The translations under genes and the position numbers were made by a program. Below, in pieces: positions 11,709-20,000 of a DNA stretch of 20,000 nucleotides (positions within the stretch are counted from its first letter, which is position 1; every line of letters begins with the position of its first letter). Source of the stretch: Paramecium tetraurelia (Eukaryota); NCBI GenBank assembly GCA_000165425.1, contig CT868029.1, positions 235,170 to 255,169 of the forward strand. Direction: 5' to 3'. The notes under the pieces were generated by a model, which ran no database searches, was not told where the DNA came from, and saw only the letters and a program-made list of their open reading frames with translations.

Positions 11709-12096
11709 TCAAAAATTTCCAAAAGAAGGATACTCTGTTAAATTAATTCTAAGAAAGCCATCTGAACTTTTAAATTTCTGATAGATTTCATCAACTTAAC
11801 TTTCTAAAATGAATTTATAATTTTTTACCTGCCTTGATTAGACCAGCATTGTTGATGAATAAATAGAGGCTTTCTTGTTTTTATAAATGAAGGGTTTCTC
11901 GAATTACTTAAAGAAAATGATAAAAATGATCAGATTTGCTCACCAAGTATTTTTTAATAGATGTTTTGTCTTAAAATCTCAGTCTGGATCTTTGACTAAT
12001 CTATAATAATATGGGACTATTTATGATTAAGAATTACACTCTATCTGGGTATTTCTCCACAAAATTCTCAGACATTTTTAAATTCTCACACAACAT
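11709..12096 (-). CDS. ATG8: Autophagy ubiquitin-like protein, ATG8/GABARAP/LC3 family (divergent), 113 aa
   Basis: MLCENLKMSENFVEKYPDRVPILLQISQRSRLRFQDKTSIKKYLVSKSDHFYHFLQVIRETLHLQKQESLYLFINNAGLIKAESQVDEIYQKFKSSDGFLRINLTEYPSFGNF; motifs KYPDRVP, KKYLV, SLYLFIN, DGFL and terminal FG. Introns 12017-12037 and 11804-11828. Absent from the ORF track. Confidence 0.92.
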
Positions 12097-12118
12097 ATAA
12101 ATTAAATAAATATAGTTT

Positions 12119-15100
12119 TCATTATTGTTATTCTTCACCTTTCTTGACTATTTTCTCCCAATGCTAGATTGTATCATCAATATTGGCCATGCAATGTTTG
12201 AGTCTATCTTCCAAAAATTCACTGAATAATGCATAACAAGGTCTGACAATGACCTTAAGGAACCCTATTTCTGATTTTGCCATGACATGTGGCTATAAAT
12301 AAGATAATGAATTACAATATGTAAATCCTTCATGTAAGGTTATTATGGATATCCCAATTCACCCTCTAACTTGTATTAAATACTAAATTCTTGATTAACT
12401 CTTGAAGACCATTTAATTGATAAATTAGTTTTTTTTCCTGCCCCTCCAAAATCACTCGTATGCATAATGTAACCACTTAAAATTTTACAATCATTGAAAT
12501 CTGTTGGTCTATTTTCAAAGTCTTTTAACAAAGTGAAATGTTCAGACATATCTGTACTTAGGATATTGGCAATGAGTCCTTTTCTGAAATTTCTGAATTC
12601 TTATTAATTGAGGTTGACAAGGATGTTACTTTATGGATTTTTTAGAACCTGAATAGTCAATGCAGCATGATGTTGTTCAAGTACACTTTTGTCATGATAT
12701 CTGATAGCTAGATCACTCAAACTATTGATTTCAAAAACATTAGTTTTGCCAGTGTGTCCAACATCATGACCAAAACTACTAATCATCAATATGAACCTAT
12801 TAAAATTATCTATAATTTTGGATTTCGATGTTTGAGCCAATTCAGAGCAGAAATAATGAGCAGTTTGCATAACAGTTATACCATGATCATAATTGTGATA
12901 CGGATTATTGTTGACATTATAATTATATTCCATTTCTTTAATAAAGCTTTGTAGATTTTCAGAGGGTATTTGGAAATCATCTAAATGTCCATTCTTTTTT
13001 AGGATTACCCATACAACCCTATGTTTTTGTATTTGTGAAGTTAAGTCCATAATGTTAAAGTCAAATGAGTCAATTAGATCATCTTAATTCTCTAAACAAA
13101 ACTCATTTAAGTCCCATTCTTAAATAGTTAGAAATTTCGATTTTTGTGGCATTTCTGTCTTTTTCAATTTTTGTTCATTTTGAGCATTTTACAAGTCCCT
13201 TATTGATCTTGATCGTTTTAGAATCAACTGCTATAAAGGCATATATAAAGAAGCAACTGAATCTTTGACTTCTGGATTGTTCTCTTCTAATTTATTAACA
13301 AAATTGATGGTTTCATGTTGAATGAGTTATTTTCTAATTTTGGCTTTAATTTTGGAATCCAATTTATTGCCAGATTCTAGTTATTTGAATTGTTCTTTGA
13401 CCCATCCTTTGATATTTTCAGTGAAGATGACTGCAAATCCTTTGTATGTTTTCTCTTCAATTTTGAGGAATATTTCATACTATTTCTCATTGTCTTTCAT
13501 CATTTTCCATTTATGATCTTGCAGATAGTTTTCAATATTGGAAACAACATTTTGATCAAATATCTTATTATAGGATAATTGATTGGAGTGAATTAGAAGT
13601 GAGTTGAATTGGATGTTGAAATTGGATTTGATTTATTTGGGGATTGGTCTGGAGAGGAACAAGAGGTGACCACTTTTGTCGAATTCAAAAATGAGAGAGT
13701 CGTTTGATCTTAGAAAGAATTTATAGAATGCACTCTTATCAAAGCATTCACGAATAAATCGAAGGTACTTCTCATAGAAATGCTTGATTTCAGAATACAA
13801 CCTTTGATCACTCTGCTTTAAAAGATTCATTTAATAGATTCTAAAGCATACAGTGACTGTTTAATCTTTAAATACTATGTAGACACTCTCAGTATCCCAA
13901 ACTTAAATTTCTTATTGATCTGTTTATAATCTATCATTAAATTATGATTACTTATCAATTTTATAGATTTGGCTGATGATATTGTACATTTTTTCGATGA
14001 GAACAAACTTAGAAGCTCTGACGAATGAGATTCCAAGATCCAGGATCATGTCAGCAATAGACAATGGACTAAAGAATTAAACTTTAGCATTTTAAATGGT
14101 TTGTAATAGGAACATGGATAGATTCTTGATTTCATCAATTAATTAGTATTCATTTGCAATTCTAAGTTATAAAAGGGAGATACTTTAAAATATCTTAAGT
14201 TTCAAGTTATTTATTCTATTTTGAATGATAGATGAACACAACATTATTAGTATATAAACCATAAGAGGACAGATAGTTGATTGACATTAATTTGGAACAA
14301 AAAGAAGAATTCTTAGAGAACCTAAATACCTTGTTTTCTGGGAATGTTTCCAATTCATCTTAAATAGATTAATCCATGGGTACTTACTCCATATTATCAG
14401 TTTTGGATTGATAGAGTTCCATTTCAGTATTTGAATTGATGACAAAGAAACTAAAATTATCGCAATTCAAGAGATTCTTGCTTAATTCCTTAAGTAAACT
14501 GAAAATAGTATTATAAGACACAGTTTCATCCATAAGTAGCAGATGGCTCTTCATATAATTAGCAAATTAGCATTTAACTTCCTTATATGCTTAGCTTAGT
14601 TCGCATTCAATTTAGTAGTTAATGTCTGAATTGAGCGATTGGCCTCTTCCTAGAAGACCTGGAGATTGTATATTATAGGGTGAGGTCTGGGTGAAAAGAG
14701 TGCGAATGTTTTCGAAAATTTCATTGACTTTGGGATCGATAGTTTACCCATCTTTTAGTTTATTATTAAAATGAGTGATTAGCTTTAAGGCTTTCTCCAT
14801 GTCTGCCACTGTGTCTGTAAATTTGAGTTCATCATATTGTACACCCTTTATAAGATCGACATCAGTAATGCTAGATCTAGTTCTCTTCATTTGTCTCTGT
14901 ATCTCATACTTCTCTTTAGGCACCTCATTTAGATAATTCATGAGACTATATTTGATTTCTTCTTCATCTTCATCATCTAAAATAATTTGATTCTCATTAC
15001 TTAGATCATTGAGTATATTCATCAATTTTTTTTCTTTGGTTGTAAAATTGACTTTAAGGATTTGTTTCTGTTTAACATCTATTTGGTTGCTGTCTCCTAA

Positions 15101-15151
15101 TTCTCGGATAATATGGAAAAATTTAACATAAGATCCCAACTATTAATTCAT
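12119..15151 (-). CDS. Class I 3',5'-cyclic nucleotide phosphodiesterase, about 995 aa, with long N-terminal regulatory region
   Basis: Catalytic motifs NPYHNYDHG, GHDVGHTGKTNVF, YHDKSVLEQHHA, ILSTDMSEHF, MHTSDF, WSSRVNQEF. Three track ORFs (14744-15139, 13633-13830, 12631-13050) join in table 6. Introns 14162-14183 and 12293-12315; ATG 15151, TGA 12119. Confidence 0.95.
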
Positions 15152-15198
15152 AATTAAAATAATATTAGTTTCTAACATCAATGCATTTTAATTATAGC

Positions 15199-16153
15199 TC
15201 AATCAAAGTAGATATCGTTGAATTGATGATCATCGAGCAATTGAATCATACCATCATTATCAACTAAATTGTTTGTTAACATCAAAGTTGGTTGTCCATA
15301 TAATTGTTCCATCTTGTCAATAGTGCTATCAGAATCCTCCCCTTTGATCTTCTTCAAATTAGGCACCATTAACTCCTCATTGTCCGATTAAATTAAATCC
15401 TCAAGACTTCGTTTCTTAATTTTAAACTTTATTATACTTGTAAACAATCGCCCTATGTTTATTACTACCCCATAAAATAATCCTTCAACTTCTACAACTT
15501 CTTATTACCAGTACATCTAGTAACCTTATCAATTTAAAATTTACCTCTCTTAAACCAATTGGTTTCTCAATTACTAATTGCATTGCAATATTTTATTATT
15601 CTATTCAATCAGAATTTTACACACCTTCTCCAACTCTGACTATTTGGTCATTATCTGTTGTATTTATTTCTAAATTAATCCAATATTATTTTACATCTGA
15701 AATATTTTGATTTCGATGAGGTTTCAATTCCATTATGGTAAACTGATCGTCGCCATGTTCTCCAGACTTTCTCTTTATTTTCTTCAATAGATTTCTATTT
15801 TAAATAATTACAAATACCTTTGATCTCTCTTGAAATGAGGATGAATAAACTCATTCTCCTTCTAATCACTTCTTGATTTATGAAATCCATACATATTCAT
15901 CTGATCCCTATAATTTCTTGACATTTACCTATCTCACAAAAGATGCGAAATTCCTGTGTTTGAAATACATTGGTAATACTTGATCCTGAAATGCTATCAC
16001 ATTCTTCACCAAAAAGCCTGAACCATCTTCATTCCAACCAACAATATCTTGGAGTTGAGAATTCTGATTCTATTTAAACTATCATACTTCTAAAATATCA
16101 TAGGTTTTCTATAAAAAAGCAGGTATGGAAGACTAACTACGGGATTTTGACAT
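15199..16153 (-). CDS. Heat shock factor (HSF-type DNA-binding domain) transcription factor, about 267 aa
   Basis: [78 protein letters not shown], followed by a heptad (HR-A/B-like) coil. Introns 16064-16087, 15901-15928, 15795-15817, 15670-15694, 15517-15544, 15415-15437. Confidence 0.96.
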
Positions 16154-16206
16154 TAATTATACTATATTTATATTATCATCTTCCAAAACCAATATTAAAA
16201 TATTTT

Positions 16207-16349
16207 CGAAAGTTCTCTTCTTCCTTAAGATACATCAAAATCTATTCTCACGAACATTCTCGATTAAAATTGCATCCACCCCCATTAAATAATCTTTATT
16301 TAATATAAAAATAAATCTGAATATAAATAATTTCAAATTATTCTCGAAT
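16207..16349. promoter_or_regulatory. Cluster of heat-shock-element-like nGAAn inverted repeats upstream of the HSF gene
   Basis: cGAAagTTCt (16207-16216), cGAAcaTTCtcGAtt (16251-16265) and aTTCtcGAAt (16340-16349) lie in the 206-nt intergenic region 5' of the HSF ATG. Confidence 0.4.
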
Positions 16350-16359
16350 TACTATAACA

Positions 16360-17318
16360 TCATGGTTATAAATTCAGTCTCTCTGCTCTTGATCTTCTCC
16401 TCTACTATTTGACTTCATTTTCTTAATGATTATCAAATCTCTTCACTCTATCCTCATTAATCGATAAATTTAGTTATTTTTATGGTGAACATTTCACATC
16501 CAATCTTGAATTGTGAGTCTGTTCTGCCCTACTCTCAGCCCTTCTTTCCTACTTCATCCTCATAGACCTATCTGTCAAGATTTGGGTGTTCGGATCTCTA
16601 TTGGATTGCTAGAGTAGTCTTTCAACTTTGAATGTCTTTGGATAATGCAAAGTTTAATCATTTTGATAATCAAATTATAATTTTTCCAAATATCTCTGAG
16701 TAGTTAGATTATTTATAATAGTTTCATCTGAATTTTCAGTGTATAACTCAGAATTGGTCTGTAAAGAGGATTACATTTTACAACGTTGCGATTGCAATGA
16801 TTGGAATGTACAAGTATTTTATCTAGTTATTAAAGCAGGCTTACAATGAGTCTTTTTCACTTAAGCATTCGTTTCGATAGAATTTGTTTGGGAAGAATAA
16901 GGTTTATATTTCCTCGCTATCCTTTGAAATTCTCTCCTTTATTATACTCTTCATCTCCTCCTCATTTATAATCTTATCCTTCTCATACACTACTCCAAAC
17001 CTGTCTATGCATTGTTTCAAATCCATCTTTTCAGTTCCAATCAATTTATTATATTGCGAAATCATGCTTGTGAGACAACTTTACGATATGCCATACCTAT
17101 ATAGGCATTTTAGATATCTTTAGGATTAATGTTTAAATTTACTTACGATGCATTTATTAATATTTGTTATCAATAATCTTTACATTCTACACCAATTAGT
17201 ATTATTGATTCAACACATGTTCCTTCAAGTACTTGTTCTCCCTCTCCAGTTCCTCTAATCTGCTGATGAATTTAGTTAATTGAACTTGCAAGTCCTTCAA
17301 GTTTTAACTATCTTGCAT
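16360..17318 (-). CDS. Hypothetical protein, about 303 aa, with N-terminal coiled coil
   Basis: ATG 17318 (MQDSQNLKDLQVQLTKFISRLEELERENKYLKE...); introns 17118-17142 and 16823-16844; ends ...SRERLNLQP-TGA at 16360. Confidence 0.8.
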
Positions 17319-17356
17319 ATTAATTTTAAATTATAACAATCATTTATTATATAACA

Positions 17357-18826
<1,470 letters not shown>

Positions 18827-18837
18827 AAATTAAATAA

Positions 18838-20000
18838 ATGTAAATATAAGATGGAAACAATCTGTTGCTTAACCTTTCCAATGGTCCAATTGACAATAGT
18901 AGAAGGTCCTGCACAAATGTATTTTGCACCGTCCTCTATTCTGCCATATTGTTGAGTATCTTGGGAATTGGATTGTACATGAATCAAAGCGGAAATTTAT
19001 TATTGATAGACAGAGGATATGACCCTGATCGTAATTAGAAACAAATATGATAAAGATAGACCATGTGGAATAGACACATTGAGAGATTATCCATTCATCT
19101 ATTTCACTACTCTCAATAGCGATTTCTTATGGAAGACTGTCTGCGTTTAAGAATGTCCAAGTGTAACAGTTCCAAAATACAAACACTTGTAATACAATCC
19201 TCCAACTACCGCAGCTGTTCCCACCACCACTACTACACCCATTGGAACTACTCAAAATTCATAACTAAAATGTGCTGTCAATTCAATAGTAACTTCCTGT
19301 AGTTAAGCCACATTATACAACAGCATTAAATGTAATATTAAATATATATGTATTTAGTTGATTAAAGAGTCTGTATTCCCACAGATCCAGAGTAATTTAA
19401 GATAGTTTAGGAAGCATTGAAGATGGGTTTCTTACATCAAATGATTTCTGATATCAGTGGAGCCAAGTACACCTTATTCATATTCATTGTATTGGGAATC
19501 TGCTTCACCTTAGCATTCACCTACCTATTGAAGTGGTGTAGTAAAACTGTTATTTGGTTCATCATCTTTATAATCGTTGTGTTGTCCATCTTCTTTGGCT
19601 ATTATAGTTATTTATAATATAAGGCAGCGTAATAACTATATCTATCCAAATAGATCAAGCATGACCATTGGTTTATCACCTACTGGATATCTATTATAAG
19701 CTATTATTTGGTGGTGTTTTGGATTGGGTACAATAATCTTGACAATTTGTTTCTACAAAAGAATCAATCTAGCCATAGCCATCATCAAGTCAGCCTCTGA
19801 TTTTGTCACTAAAAATGTCAGTATTGTCATTGTTCCTGTATTCTCAACTATTGCCACTCTAATTTTAACTGTTATTTTTATCTACATTGCATTGTAATTA
19901 TACTACTAAAATTAGTATAATATGTTCAACTGGTACACCTGGAGATAAGTAATAGCAATGGCCATTTGGATAATTGAAATATACATTGTTTAATATTTTA
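18838..20000 (+). CDS. Choline transporter-like (CTL/SLC44, Pns1 family) membrane protein; 3' end beyond the window
   Basis: NGPIDNSRRSCTNVFC + TM1, GYDPDHRPCG, YPFIYF, VCVQECP, further TM helices and YKRINLAIAIIKSASDFV. Introns 19031-19055, 19332-19357, 19629-19653, 19894-19915. Confidence 0.92.

Noticed and set aside
12754..13578. Plus-strand track ORFs 12754-12954, 13322-13516 and 13390-13578
   Set aside because: Antisense to the PDE coding sequence, with no recognisable motifs.

Overview
AT-rich, gene-dense eukaryotic DNA that reads as a Paramecium-type ciliate macronuclear segment. TAA/TAG code for Gln (translation table 6), TGA is the only stop, and genes are split by tiny 21-28 nt GT-AG introns, so the supplied standard-code ORF track is mostly fragments or antisense artefacts. 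Manual translation gives 14 genes, and every complete model has a spliced length divisible by three. In order: a 5'-truncated MORN-repeat protein with a poly-Gln tract, a SHIPPO/PG-rich repeat protein, an unknown protein, a CudA/STAT-like candidate, a C2-like plus docking-motif candidate, casein kinase 1, a coiled-coil protein, a small Cys-rich zinc-finger candidate, a divergent ATG8, a class I phosphodiesterase, an HSF-domain transcription factor, an unknown protein, an AGC kinase and a 3'-truncated CTL/SLC44 transporter. About 1.1 kb (10.6-11.7 kb) has no intact gene. The most notable observations are divergent start codons only 11 nt apart, HSE-like motifs upstream of the HSF gene, Glu replacing the invariant Gln in the PDE, the atypical ATG8, stopless 3n introns and frequent AAG acceptors. 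I found no convincing novel multi-gene system.
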